NCBI GenBank assembly: GCA_000320545.1
Contig: ADNK01000503.1
Location: 186,001-250,000 of the forward strand
Origin: Bigelowiella natans CCMP2755
Lineage: Eukaryota > Protista > Cercozoa
DNA length: 64,000 bases
Direction of reading: 5' to 3'
Below, piece after piece: positions 1 through 13,627 of this stretch. The position numbers and the translations under genes are program-made. Numbering within the stretch: the stretch's first letter is position 1; each line of letters starts with the position of its first letter. Below the pieces are notes generated by a model that worked only from the letters and a program-made list of their open reading frames with translations, was not told where the DNA came from and did no database searches.

Positions 1-30
1 TCAAAATCCATAGATACAGTAGATTGCTAC

Positions 31-309
31 CTTTCCATTGAAAATGAGCTTGAACTTCCATGCACCCGGGGTACCCATTCCTGGCCTGCATACGTGGCAG
101 AACCATGCCATAGCTAGATCTTTCCCCGTCTTCAATCCTTGAGGATGGATTCATTCATTCGTGTGGATGCAAATTGAACAATGTGATGTTATTTCATTCA
201 TCGTACCTATGTCAAATTGAATTGTGATCTTGTTATCAACGTTAGGAGTTTTGAAAATAACTGGAACTTCTCCTGTTGGGGAACGTTTCGATGTGAACGT
301 GGTTCCCAT
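31..309 (-). CDS. Partial gene of unknown function, running off the window start; possible N-myristoylation (MGTTFTSK)
   Basis: Two exons with GT-AG boundaries (about 309-206 and 81-31) splice to MGTTFTSKRSPTGEVPVIFKTPNVDNKITIQFDIGMGTPGAWKFKLIFNGK. The upstream exon (about 420-520) is treated as 5'UTR. Confidence 0.45.
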
Positions 310-764
310 GCCTGCTTTATGGAGTTGTTTCCGCTGTTGTACCATCAGATTGCGTACTCAATAAGGATGCGAATGAACGTACACACACACACACACACAC
401 ACATAGCTAGATAGCACACCTGAGTACGTGAGTGCTTGTAGATCTAGTCTCCAGTATTTGTTGTCGTAGTTAGTTCATCCTCATCACCGAGTCGCTCATG
501 TCATCTCGAAGCTATTTCAACACTGCGACAACAAATATTTCGACATTTTTTAACATTACATCAATAAACGCTGCTCTCCCCCATCGTCGAAGCTCATCGT
601 TTACCACATCAAATACAAAGCGGTGGGTAGGACTGCAACAAAAACATCCAGCTGCTTGCTACTCGCATTTAGCGGCAAGTGTTCCTTCCCCTCGAAACAA
701 TTGGACTTGAAGGAGATGAAGGGTGAGCAAGGGGAGGGCACATCGGGGGCGTTCGTAGTCTAGT
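310..764. promoter_or_regulatory. Short divergent (bidirectional) promoter/5'UTR region
   Basis: Head-to-head start codons at 309(-) and 765(+). Inferred from gene orientation only. Confidence 0.35.
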
Positions 765-1113
765 ATGAGCTCAAGGAGGCGGCTTCAATCAAGACTCCCA
801 ACTTGGAGAAAATCGGCCTACCTGCTCAGATATCTGCTGGTAATTTGACAGCATATACATCGAACAACCTGGAGATTTTCCTTCTTCTTCTTCTTCTTCT
901 TCTTCTTCTTCTTCTCCTCCTCCTCCTTCTCCTTCTTCTTCTTATTCTTTCTGTTGAATTCCGAACCGCTAGCTCCTCCTCTACGTAATCACAGCTCATA
1001 GCTGCTGCTGCTTCCACCACCTTCCGTTCCAATTCTTCTTCTACTTATCATCTTTCTATGCTCCTGAAGTTTGATGTCGTAGCATTTTTTGATGATGATC
1101 ATGATCATAATCA

Positions 1114-1146
<33 letters not shown>

Positions 1147-1591
1147 CATCACAGGGCCCATCATTTCTCGAAGGCTCAGTGAGCGCGGCTAGGTAAAGTT
1201 TTCAATATGAACGACAAAACAGAAGAGGAAGAAAAAGAAAACGAAGAAGAAGAAGAAGAAAACATCTGATGAACAACGACATAGCAAGAGAGAGCATCTG
1301 ATGATGAAAATAACGACATCGACGCAAGAAAAAGAGGAGAAGATCTTGGGTGGCCAAGATATATGAGAAGAGTGCAGTACTCGATGATACAGACAAACTA
1401 TTCTTATAATTTACGTGCTTTGAATATGTGTGTGTGTGTGTGTGTGTGTGTGATGCACATATGTGAATAATCAGCCGCTTAATTTACTTCCTGTTTCTCC
1501 GGACAACGATAACATGCGGAGAGGAAACACCCTCTGATTTTGATCGGAATTCGGTAATGAAAGAATAAACAATATGACAGAGCGCACACTG

Positions 1592-1631
<40 letters not shown>

Positions 1632-2104
1632 TATAATTTAAAACAATGTGCGTGATTGTCATTGTGGTAAGCAGACAGATGCTGCAAAACACCCAATGAG
1701 TTGTAACGTGGTATCATCATGTTTCCTATTACTGCGGAGGTCATATGATATATTTCCACAGCGCACTCTTCTTCCTCGTTCGTCATTTAAGTAAACCATA
1801 CCATGCAGGGTGATTGGAGTGGATCCAAATTCTGCAATGACAGATGCTTGGTAGTGATGATGATGATGATGATGATAGCGATGAAATAACACTAAAAATT
1901 ACTTGTCCTTCCTCTGATACACACCCTCACCCACAGTTTATGAGGTCCTCACCCAAGTCGATACAATCCACATGTTCGAATCTAATGAGCTTTGTCAATG
2001 CTGTTGTTGCTGCTGCTGCTTGCTACTAATACAAGGTTGCTCGAAAGGCTCAGTTGATTAAAGGAATCACTGACGGGATTGAGGCAGTGGTTCGTTATTC
2101 GCAA

Positions 2105-2160
<56 letters not shown>

Positions 2161-2198
2161 CTATAATTAACATCAATAAGTACATGTTTGTTTGAGTG

Positions 2199-2252
<54 letters not shown>

Positions 2253-2632
2253 CTAAGCTGTGTTTGCGTATTTTTCTTTGCCGTAGCTTAAGTTCTTATG
2301 TCTCCCAATGCTTGGAGTTATTTCGGATCTCAATGGAAGGAACACTATCATGGCAGTCAGCCTCATCGGTATGTTTGTACGCATGATGATGATGATATTA
2401 TAACTAATAGTTACTTCTGTCTGCAACATGCTACCATTTCCTTGTGCTTTCATCTCATCATAGAGGCAATCTCCCTCCTCCTCCTCCCCCTCCTCTACTT
2501 GATCGTTGCGACAACAGTAAAAACATAAATTGTCTCGATATCCATCCTGATATCAACAGGCACGCTTGTCGATGGATTCCTATCGATTTATTATTATATA
2601 TCACTTAGTGTTCCTTTATTCGGTGGTGATAA

Positions 2633-2664
<32 letters not shown>

Positions 2665-4102
2665 TTACTGCTTCCACAGGCTTGGCATCCTCCTTAGCGA
2701 TCTTATCAACTGCTGCGTATCTGAAGAAAGGCACCCCAATATTTCCTCTATGCATTCTAGCTTATGTTATTCAAGGTGGTGTTGTTCATGCATTGAGGGA
2801 GTTGTTTGCTTGCCTGATGATGATGATGATGATGATGACGATGATGATGATCTGCTATCATTTGTTCCACAAGCATTGCTTTCAATGTACATGTGAAGAT
2901 ACTACGAAAAGACGTGCGCACACGTTGACTGAGTAGAGACGCAATATTTGAAGGAGTTACAGAGTCATTCACATTGGGATCGAATGCAAATATAAGCGAT
3001 ATTGTTCGTACGACAAGAGAACGTGGCCATGCTTTCGGGCTAATTGAGGTGCATACATCATCACACTTTTGCTCCTCCCGTTACAACTGTGGTAGCTCTT
3101 TCTGTCTCTTCTTCTTCTTCTTCTTCTTCTTCTTCTTCTATTATAAACTATTCATCCTCCTCCTCCTCCTCCTCCTCCTCCTCCTCCTCCTCCTCCTCCT
3201 GCAAGGTGTTCCGTCTGTTCTCTCAAGGATTCGCTATCGTCATTGTAACTGCAGCTTTCATCTCTGCCAATTCCTACAACTACTTTCCGCTCTATCTCGC
3301 ACTCTGGTAATTGGTGGTGGTTGCACACTTCGCGAAAACAACAACAACAACAACAATACTTGGTTGAGAACGATGATGTTAGTTTGCTATGATGTTACCA
3401 AATCGTGTGTAACATCAGTGTTCTTGCTGGGATGACCGTGCCGCTCCCTCATCTCACAATCCCAGAATCAAACATAGACGACAGAGACCAAGAGGTACTA
3501 AATAAGTAAGTAAGTGTACTGCATATAATATTTCTATATTATACATATACACTGACTGCATGCATATGCTTGCATAATAACGATGATGGAAAAGCAGGTG
3601 ATCGATGAGGAGGAAAACAACCATTTGCTTTCATCGAGAATATCACCATTCGGTAGTAGTGCTCACATCAGTCGCATCCACCAACGATCACGATGATGAT
3701 GGTTGTTAAAAATGTTGTGTAACACAATCTTGCCTTTCTCTTCCTCCCTATTTTCGATTTATTTCCAACCACATTCACCTAGGTGTCTTTAACGTATTCA
3801 CACCATACCTCACTGTCCTTGGATTGTTGGTTTTCTTCGTTATCTTTGGTGTTGCGGTACTCACAATATCCCCGGTATGAATGATTGTCATCATCATCAT
3901 CATCCTCACTATACGCATAGATGAAGAAAAGCTTGATGGAGTTCTTTATTTATCATATTTGTTACTGGAACAGCTTTCAAAGCATCATAGCACCTTCCTC
4001 CTCACCTAAATGATAATAGATAGTGCCACTACTTAACTAATTCTCATTTTCCTCATGGTCACACGCAGCAATATTGTATATAAACATGTCAACAAAGGCT
4101 TC

Positions 4103-4139
<37 letters not shown>

Positions 4140-4401
4140 GAGTCGTTGGTGTACTACCTGATTGTCTATCTCTTTGGTACTGAAGGCATTCGTAATCGGG
4201 GCATATCGATGGACCCAAACTCTTGCTGTGCTTGTAGCTATTGCTATTGGAACGTTTGGATTTCTGGCAACGGTGATGATTTGATGATCATTTTGTACGA
4301 GTAGTAAGTAGTTCTCCCAACTGGCCATACCTTTTTTTTCCAGCAAAGCGAGCACGACAATGGAACTATTACTTCTCTTTCATCCCTCTTCCTCTTTTTT
4401 A

Positions 4402-4433
<32 letters not shown>

Positions 4434-4557
4434 ACACATTATGTATGATTTCGCCCTTTTTTTTTCCTACATAAGGTATGCGCTCCGCGACTGATTGGTG
4501 CCTTTGGAGCTCGCAAAGTGCTTCGAGGTACTTGCCTAACAAATTATGTGTGTGAGT

Positions 4558-4601
<44 letters not shown>

Positions 4602-4651
4602 GTGATGAGGAGGGTAGCATTCTCCTCATACATAACTGTAGTAGCCTTAGG

Positions 4652-4692
<41 letters not shown>

Positions 4693-5034
4693 AAGCACAC
4701 CTGGTGATGCCTTCTACTTTGATTGATTCAGGAGCTGTAATTACGGCCAACATTGGATCTGTGGTTTTAGTATTGTCTCCACTTCATGAGGTACTTACTT
4801 CTAGTGCCAGTATATAAAAGTAGATCATAAAAGAAGAAGAAGAAGAAGAAGAAGAGGAAGAGGAAGAAAAATAATGACACTTACAATACTTTTATAGGCG
4901 TTCTTTATCCTCGGAGCTCTTCTCTGTGTCATCGCCATCATTGGTGCTACTACTACTACCACTACTACTACTACTACATGATAGATAGATTATAGAGACC
5001 AAAGAGCAGCAGCAGCAGCAACAACAACAACAAC

Positions 5035-5076
<42 letters not shown>

Positions 5077-5354
5077 TGTGAGTACTGATGTCTCATCATT
5101 GCCCTGCTGCCATTTGTATTTCCCTTGATCGTCCTTCTCCCCATCCTCCTCCTCCTCCCCCTCCTCCCCATTCCCTATACACTAATCCTCATCTATCATA
5201 ATAATCGTTGGCATCTTCTATCGATCGATAATCATCAGGTTTTCCTGCATTTAATGCTCTTGTTAGTGGTAAAGTTGAGAAGGACCAAGTTGGGAAAATG
5301 CTAGGGGCTTTTAGCTCCATTGGAATTGCTGCATATGCGGTGCTACTACTACTG

Positions 5355-5385
<31 letters not shown>

Positions 5386-5539
5386 AACAACAATTGCTAC
5401 TTCATACATATCGTTACTATGATAGTTTCAGTGCGAAAGTCAAAGATGTGTGATTGCCGTATCATTAGCTATGTGAAGAAACATGAGAGCTCATGTACTT
5501 TCTTTACCATTTGACAAGGAAAATGAAGCTTCTTATTAA

Positions 5540-5573
<34 letters not shown>

Positions 5574-5619
5574 CTGTCCGCTCTCTATCTCACACATCGC
5601 ATAATGAAGAAGAAGAACT

Positions 5620-5657
<38 letters not shown>

Positions 5658-6610
5658 CTCTTCAAGTCTTGATCGTTGATTGACGCAAACGCAATATAGA
5701 TCGGGTCACCTGTCTATTCAGCTATATTTTCAGCTGTGGGATCTGGTAAGTTATCATCACGCTGCAGTTCCTTCTCAAAAAATAATCATTCGTATGTACA
5801 TGTATATGTATATGTGTATGTTTGCGTGTGTGTGTACGTTTATGCGTGTGTGTGTACGTTTATGCGTGTGTGTGTGTGTGTGTGCGCGTGTGTCGTGACG
5901 AAGGAGGAAGCTTTTATTATTCTATTGACATTGTATTGAATCAATAGTGAATGAAAGATAGCTCCCCACGCGTGATAACTGATGATAACATCGCTCTTTT
6001 TCGCCCCATCTTCCTTCATTCAGGTGGTGATTGTGGAAGTGACACAGTGCTGTCGTTGGTTTGGCTGCCGTGGGGCCTTGCAGCGGTGATGATAATGCGA
6101 GATAATGATAGCTGATTCGAACAACGATGATGAGTATAAACACTGCTACATGAATGTGATGTAAGCATGAGTGTTCTCAACTACTACTACTACTACTACT
6201 ACTACTCCTTGTAGGTATCCATGTCGATTGCGAGCTTTATACTCTATAGATTTACTCAAACGTTCCCTGAAAGCGAGGATGATGTCCAAGAGGTGCTGTT
6301 AGTAGTTGCTGATAACATGATAAGAGCAATGATGACGCCAGTAGTTGTTGTTTTCCGTGTGTGGGATGAATATTTACGTGTGTGTGTGTGTGTGTGTGTG
6401 TGTGCATTCATTCATTGATAGATCGGTGCCTCTGCTACCGGAAACAAGCTCAATAACAACGAAAAGAAGTCCATAAATAATAGTCTTGCAGAAGCGAAGA
6501 TGTCGAATGATCTCCTCAAACGCCCAGCAAATCTAGAAGATGTGGAAATGCGTGTTTTGCATGGTGAAGCTAGGAAGAATACGAGTCCCGTGATGAAAGC
6601 AGAAAAATAA
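765..6610 (+). CDS. Major facilitator superfamily transporter (SLC46/HIAT1/tetracycline-efflux-like), about 20 exons
   Basis: Spliced exons give MFS motif A (LPMLGVISDLNGRN, about 2290-2368), NANISDIV...ERGHAFG, IPES after TM6, and FPAFNALVSGKVEKDQVGKMLG...IGSPVYSAIF. Cys-containing first loop. Stop TAA at 6608-6610. Confidence 0.85.
881..943. repeat. Intronic (CTT)n microsatellite, representative of very many (CA)n, (AT)n, (GA)n, (TAC)n, (GAT)n and (CTT)n tracts across the window
   Basis: Directly visible. Other examples are (CT)n at 2111-2157, (AT)n at 24913-24966 and (TAG)n at 5544-5571. Nearly all lie inside introns or low-complexity exons. Confidence 0.95.
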
Positions 6611-7354
6611 TGGGAAAGTATAGTTGTGAGAAGCATGCGTGAAGAAAATGCAGAGAATAGTGTTACTGAGCAAAAAGAGGAAGGGAAAGCTTAAAGTTTA
6701 CCGCAGACATAAGTTCGCAATTTAGTCATAGATTGATGATAGAACAAATTCGCAGAATGCTGATGAGTCATTGTCGCGCCTGAATAATGAGCAGCGCTTC
6801 TTAACATCTTATTTTAGCGAAACTGTTGCGCCCGCATAGTGATTTATCATGCAAGGTCGAAAGTCATATGGAAAAAGTCCCTCCTCCTAACGCAAACATC
6901 AAATTTAATTGTCGCATTGACTGGGTTGAGCCATGCTAGCATGGATCGTCACATACTACCAACAAGATGTTATTGTTTACCATCGAAAGTCTGGATATGG
7001 ATACATTATTGCACAATGCGCTAGTGTGTGTGTGTCAACATGCGTGCACATGTAACATCGATCATCACCATGCAATTACATAGACAGCAAAAGCTTACAG
7101 CAGCGCTTAAGTCATAACATTAGTTATAGCATGTGAGGACTTGACAGATTGCTCATCTAGTCATGTGGATAAGCACAATATGTACCTGGAAACAAACGCT
7201 TGATTAATGCATATAAATGAACGTACACGCTATGCTAAGGGATCGCGCTCGCATATGCGCACCGTGCGCAGTGCAAGATCAAGAGATATGATGCTGACGC
7301 ATTCAAAACCATAAAGTACATTACAGTAGAAGTCTAATAAACATAATTAACATA

Positions 7355-7445
7355 ATCTTAGCGCTGTAGCCGCTGTTTTGTACAGTTACATTAGGATGAC
7401 CATTAAGATTTAAATAATTGTTATCATTTATTATATCCGTCTCAT
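7355..7445 (+). repeat. Copy of a degenerate ~90-110 bp dispersed repeat (TTAGCGCTGTAGCCGCTG...GATGACCATT...ATCCGTCTCAT)
   Basis: Aligns by eye with the reverse complements of 32161-32271 and 32401-32495, and partly with 32612-32665. Confidence 0.7.
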
Positions 7446-7649
7446 GCGACGCGTACACTTAATTATGAGAGCGATTTTACGTAGTAGATGCATGATGCTA
7501 TGATTCTCATTTATGCGCTCGACAAGAACTACTGACGATATCTATGTGTCTATCTGCTATATGATGACATGCAGCTCGCTATTGGGAGAAACCGAGAACT
7601 CTGCATCTGCCTTTGACCCTACTGCTAATACTACTATTTATTACTCGCA

Positions 7650-7889
7650 CTAATTCTCGCTCGGAGGAGACGGCGAATTTACGTAAGAAAGTTTCTGAAC
7701 TGCATGTCTACCTGACATGAAAGCGCCGTGTATAGTACCTAGCTCCGCAGCGTTTGTGTACTCTCCTAGTGGCAAAGTAGTGTGTGGATCATTCGACTGT
7801 CGGTGCTCAAGTTTTAACAACATTGATTAAGAAACGCAATGAATCCATCAAACTGCTTGAGTGTGTACACATATCACGGCACATATTCA

Positions 7890-7927
<38 letters not shown>

Positions 7928-8080
7928 CACAATTTACCTGCAAAGTATAGCCGTCGTCTAGGTATTCCTAGAGAGAGTGTATCGATATCCCTATTGTAAT
8001 TGACCCATTCCCATGGTGTACATTAGCAGCGACTTGAGACTTGAAAATTACGATGATAATTTATACTACATACTACATAT

Positions 8081-8116
<36 letters not shown>

Positions 8117-9346
8117 GAGAACACATCATAAACTTTATTACAAGTTCTTTCTCCCCTCCCTTCCCCCCACCCCCCTCTCTCTCTGTTATCTCTCTCTTCT
8201 TGCATTCCTTCTCTCCTCCTCTACTACCTTGCTTTTCCTCCCACTTTGATGTAGCTCCAAGATCCAAGCGATAAAGGATCCTATTATAACAGATATGTTC
8301 ACCTTGACGAAATGATAATGATTACACTTGTCATAGAAGCATGCATCATCACCTTTCCCCAGTTCGCAATCCTATAGCGTTTTAGCTTCGGTAGCAGCAC
8401 CATTTTGCCGTCGTTCTTATCGTTATTTTGACCTGCATTCATTCCAAGTTGCTCATTGCCATGTCAATGCTTGTTATGATACTACGCGTGATGCATGCTC
8501 TTCAAATATATAAGTATATTTATAGACAACATCAAGGAACCTTCAGCTTGCCGCTGAAGAGATTTCCTGAAAACATCCAGAGCGTCTTCCAGAATCTGTA
8601 CATTGATGATGATTATGATGATGATGATGATGATAAATTATGTTGTCTGCAATGCATGATCAGATTCTAAAGACCTCCTCGTCGGACATTGTTCGCATTT
8701 GCTTCGAGTATGAAACGGTGGTGTAACCTTAAGACGACACACATATTAAATACATACTAGCTTACCTATCATATTATCATCACATTTTGAGGAAATACCT
8801 AACCACACGTGGCGGCCAGAGTAGGCCTTCCAGTTAGTGAATCTCAAAAATCTGAAGATGATATCATCGTTGTCACCAAGGCCATCGTGATTATCGTTAT
8901 CATCCTCATAAGAACGGTGATGATATTAGTTTACTTATTCCTCTCTGCCCCTGTTGGAAGAAGAGAAAATACCTGTTGTATGTGTTATCTCCTATTATTT
9001 ACGTGTATGGACGACTGGATTATATATAACGCTATATATGCATTGAGAGGATGTTAAAAAAGTCATGGAATACATATTCGTTCATCAAATCTTAAGAGTA
9101 ATCCGGCCTTCATTCATAGTCATCGTAGGAGAGGAAAAGCAGCAATTGGTTGGTATTTTTGCTACATGATCGTCTGTGAGAGCCTCTAGGTTTGACGTGT
9201 CTAATTTGTCCAAGGCAGAAGTAGCAGTAGCTGATTTTGTCCATGCTATTTCTCCCTCAAATTCAAGAGCCACCTTGTTGTAGAATCCAGCCTAAATACA
9301 ACGTTTGATGATATCTTCGTGTTTTTTGTGTCTATAGGTATGTTTC

Positions 9347-9413
<67 letters not shown>

Positions 9414-10744
9414 ACCTCAATATACTTAAGTGCCTTTGCTACACGAGGAGGAAGCTTGGGTAAAATATCTATTCCACCATGCTGATAAGGATAAGGAGTA
9501 GTAGAAGAGGAAGAGGAAGAGGAAAGAAGAAGAAGAAGAAGGAAGAAGGAGGTTACAACCTACTCATGCACTTGTATTCGGGTTCAATCCGACCTTAACA
9601 ACACCAAGGGGCAGGGCTATTATGACCGATTTCGTGTAGTATTTCTTCCTATTTTGACGGGGATAGTTCAAGCAGTGAGTCTAGGTAATAATAACAAACA
9701 ATTGTGCTGTCTGTGGAACATCGTAGTTGCTATTCTCATCATTTCCAGTTCTCTTTGAAGAACAACCAATGTTCCTACACTACCCTTCTTCTCTTTCATC
9801 TATTGCTTTTACAAGTTACTGCTGCTACTACAACTACTGCTACTGCTACACCTACTGTACTGCTTATTGTCGCTTGTATTTGTTATCGTCGTTGTTATAA
9901 CTACCCTTCTGTAGATGTAACGATGGTTATAGAAGGACTAAGAGGGGAGGATTTCTCGCATCCTTCCTTTGCCTCCTCCTTATCACCATCGTTAGGAGAA
10001 TAAGAATGAGTTATAGTAATCGTAGAAGCGGCAGTATCAATGTTGACCTTTCTCTTATCGATATGATTTACATCCCGATCACATCCACACTTGGTACAGC
10101 TGATATTTTCGTCATTACTGACCACTGCTGCTGCTGCTGCTATATTTTCTTTTGGGAAGAAATCCATCATCGGAAACTCGTCATCAATCTTGCAGTCCTC
10201 TCTCATCACTGTTCGAATACTTGCCACCTAGAATGCAATATGAAGAAAGAAGGCTTGTTTTAAGCAGCGCAAACCTTGACAAACTAACGTGGCATCAGCA
10301 GTATCTTGTTGAATATCTGCATCACCTCATCTCATCCTACCTTCCCCTGATAGATGTAACCGTCATTGTTACCTGGACTCCTTTCTCGATGATGAGTTTT
10401 TTCTCCTTTGCAATACGAAGAACCTAATAATTCAAGACTTCAAATAATAATGATCATGCTATTTCTGCTGCTGCTGCTGCTGCTACTCTGCTGCATGTAG
10501 AGTTGTTGATAATGTCATATTCTGTACCAACTTCCCTACGAGGATCTATTTCCGTAACGTTACAATCTGAATCTATATCTATTGATCAAGTCGAATTGAT
10601 TTTCCTTCATTGTCGCCACGTTGGTTGTTGCTACAGTATCCATTTCTCTCGCTTCATTGTTATGTTTTATTGTAAGTAATCATCCAATACCAGCCCTCCA
10701 TATCCACATCGTAAATTAGAGTTTATCCCTGGCATTGTACCTGA

Positions 10745-10775
<31 letters not shown>

Positions 10776-12380
10776 AAGAAGAAAAAAAAAACCACAAACA
10801 ACATAGAAAAAACAGGGGAGTGTACTCATTTAAAATAGGACGTTATGACTCGGTCGCACATTGATTAGTGATAGTCATCAGTGACAAGCACGTGTAGTCT
10901 TGAATGCATTAAAGTTGAGGTTTTGATTGACACGCTTGTAAAAGATATGGAAACTCGTTCTCTTTCAGATAGTTTCAACGTGAGAGAAATAAATGGTTGC
11001 ATTTCCCCGCTCTCCTCAGTAGGTATGGCAATGCCATCAAGACCAGTGTCATAATTGAAGAAATAAGCGGACAGATCCCCCACTTCCGCGCCTTCATACT
11101 CCTCTATTCCCTCCACCGCATTTACTGATAAGATTATGAGTCGTTGCCGTTGACATCAAGAACAATGCTACTATCAATGTGTATAATTGAGTAAACTCAT
11201 CATTTCAATATCTGTGGTAATGCCAAGGATATCGATAACGAGTTCACCTATTCTGTCATATTTACAACATAGTTTTTCCTCAATACCAAGGTATTGTCGC
11301 CCTTTCGTATCTAGGCTCCTAATTTTTGCCTGTGGAGTGAAGATAAGCGTTAGGCTCCTTTGCCAACACGGAACAATGAGCTTCATTTTCAAAAATAATT
11401 GTTACCACTTGTGCAAGAGCATCAGTTACAATAACTGATAGGGGCACATCCTCGACGTCATTCGTGTCGTCTATCAATCCAATATAAGGAAAAGGAAAGG
11501 TAGAATGAAAATATTCTCAACTATTAACCAGAAAACTCCAGAACATTGTTTCATCCCCTGGCATTACCACTGCTGTCGTTGTCAGAGTCGATATCATAAT
11601 GTTTCTCTAGCTCTGCGTGAAACTTATGTCCAAACGCGTTCGAGGTCTTTCGGATTTTAGAGTAGGGAATTAAGCCGCCGTCCTTCATATCCACAAGCCT
11701 AAGCAATGTGTTGCGAGACGTTTACTGAATAAATAAAATGAGACCTATGATCCACTGGGTTGTAGGAAATGATCGTTGCCATAATTATAATCAATATACC
11801 ATCGTCCAGGAGGCTGAGGAGATCTTTTTGCACCTATTTCTCCGGCCGCCGCAGTTTTGTCTTTGGAGACAACAGGCTTTGCCACATGGTTGAGGACCCC
11901 ATATTTCCTAGTGTTTCATATTCAGTATGGAAACTCCTTTCCGATGTTATCTGTCGTCTTATCACCTAGCGTAGAGCCACATTGGATTTTGATAGCATGA
12001 GTTGTGAATCCACTGTCCGCCCATGTCGAGAGGGTAGCCAAACTCCTCCGTCGTGAAGGCTCTTCCTGCGAAATAATAACAATAATAATGTTATTATTAA
12101 TAAGGTACTTGGCCACACAAATCGAACGTGGGTTTTTCTTCTATGAACAATGATGCCTGTGACAATGTTTACTTTACATAACAACCTCCAATACGATCCC
12201 TGGCCTCGAGGATGACGTAATTTTTTATGCCAGATTCTTCCAGCGCTACGCCCGCTCCGATTCCTCGAAGAACATCCCCATTTTATAACGACAAATAGAA
12301 AATGTCTATATTTCCTCACCTGCAGCACCTGCACCGATAACCACTGCGTCATAGAGGTGCGGGGGAGAGGTCGTCGTCAT
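7650..12380 (-). CDS. Flavin-containing amine oxidase (polyamine oxidase/LSD-type amine oxidase fold)
   Basis: YDAVVIGAGAAG, ILEARDRIGGR, DMGGQWIH, SVIIALPLGVVK, GFYNKVALEF, WGKDPLSLGSWS and LYFAGEYT...GTIHGAFMSG recovered in order by splicing. Stop TAG at 7650-7652. Confidence 0.9.
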
Positions 12381-12681
12381 GCAGTCGGAACTTTCTCGTA
12401 GTCACGTTGTGCCGGGTAGGAGGCTCTTCCAGATACTGCGATCGACATTTCTCGAAAAGCGAAACAAGCGCAATAGCCATTTTTTTCACAGAGTCAAAGA
12501 CTGTGCCAAGTCGCTAATCCAAAACCACAAGACATGTACTCCTGTCAATGGCCACCAGTCGCCTGAAAAAAAACGGCGACGCTCGGCTGCAACTGAAAGT
12601 GCTTTCAAATGTGTTGATCAGTGGATCAGTTGGTCCTGATGAGTCCTCGCAATGATTTTTGTTGAGTAGCTGCTACATGTA

Positions 12682-13600
12682 TGTGCATGTCTCCCATGTG
12701 GTTCTTGCTCATGCAGGTTTGCATCAATGCTTCATTCATTGTTCATTGTTGTTCATGGTCCCAAGTGTGCACAGGATGAGTGCGCACGTTCTGATGATCC
12801 TTTCAGATTCCCTCTTGGAACAACTTCATTCATTCAGCGGATGTGAAACGAACCCTCAATTTTCCGTGGTGGTTTTATTGATTGAGGAGGGTGTGGTGGG
12901 TGGGTCAGCACGTCCATGACCTTTTCAACTGCACCATTCTGGCATTGGAATCACTTTGTTCGTTCGTTCATTTGTCATTGCAGTGCTTCCAATGATGATC
13001 CTCTCATCTGTCCGAGTGCCATGGCCAGCGGATGCGAAACGAAATCTTCCTCGCTTGCGATTTGCTTTGGTGGCCTTGTTGGTGGGGTGGAAGTGCGTGG
13101 GTGAAAAGTTGGTGCGCACCGTCTGATGATCCATTCAGCTGCGCATCATTGGCGGAGCGCACTTTGTTTGTTCTTTCCTTCTTTCATTCATCCATTTCAT
13201 TCATGCATCAATGGTGACGACTGAGGAGGAGAGAATAAAGTAAGGCTGACGGGCACAATGCACAATTTCTGAATCATCATTTGAGAGCAGCAGTCTTGTG
13301 CAAGTCTCCGCCACTCGAAGCTTGCTGTCGGTCCTCTCGACAGTGCATGCATTCGATGCTGTGCTCCCTGGACGCAGGAAGGGGTGTGGTCATGGTTGTC
13401 TCCACATGTACACACATCGACGAGACCGAGGAAATCATCATCGAGCGGATCGACATCAACCACAACACATCATTCATGCATGGAGTACGTGACATGAATG
13501 CCTGCTGCCTGTAGCGAGCAAATTGAACTGTGGCCACATCTGCAAATCGCATCCATGCAATAAACATGTACATACATTTCCAAATTGTGCGAGCACATAG
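12682..13600. other. TpA-erased island containing exon-like remnants
   Basis: By my count a single TA dinucleotide in 12682-13234. Abundant TG/CA. Confidence 0.85.
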
Positions 13601-13627
13601 AGGCCATGTAGCTCACCTCTTTCTAAA

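Noticed and set aside
420-520. Minus-strand exon with five in-frame TGA codons upstream of the first gene, suggesting a multi-Sec selenoprotein or a recoded stop
   Set aside because: TGA-rich repeats are ubiquitous here. An ATG with a myristoylation-like context follows directly. The other genes decode with the standard code. No SECIS can be assessed in the window.
803-5939. Many 60-150 aa ORFs of poly-L/R/S/H/CV/YI
   Set aside because: They are translations of intronic microsatellites. The same applies throughout the window.
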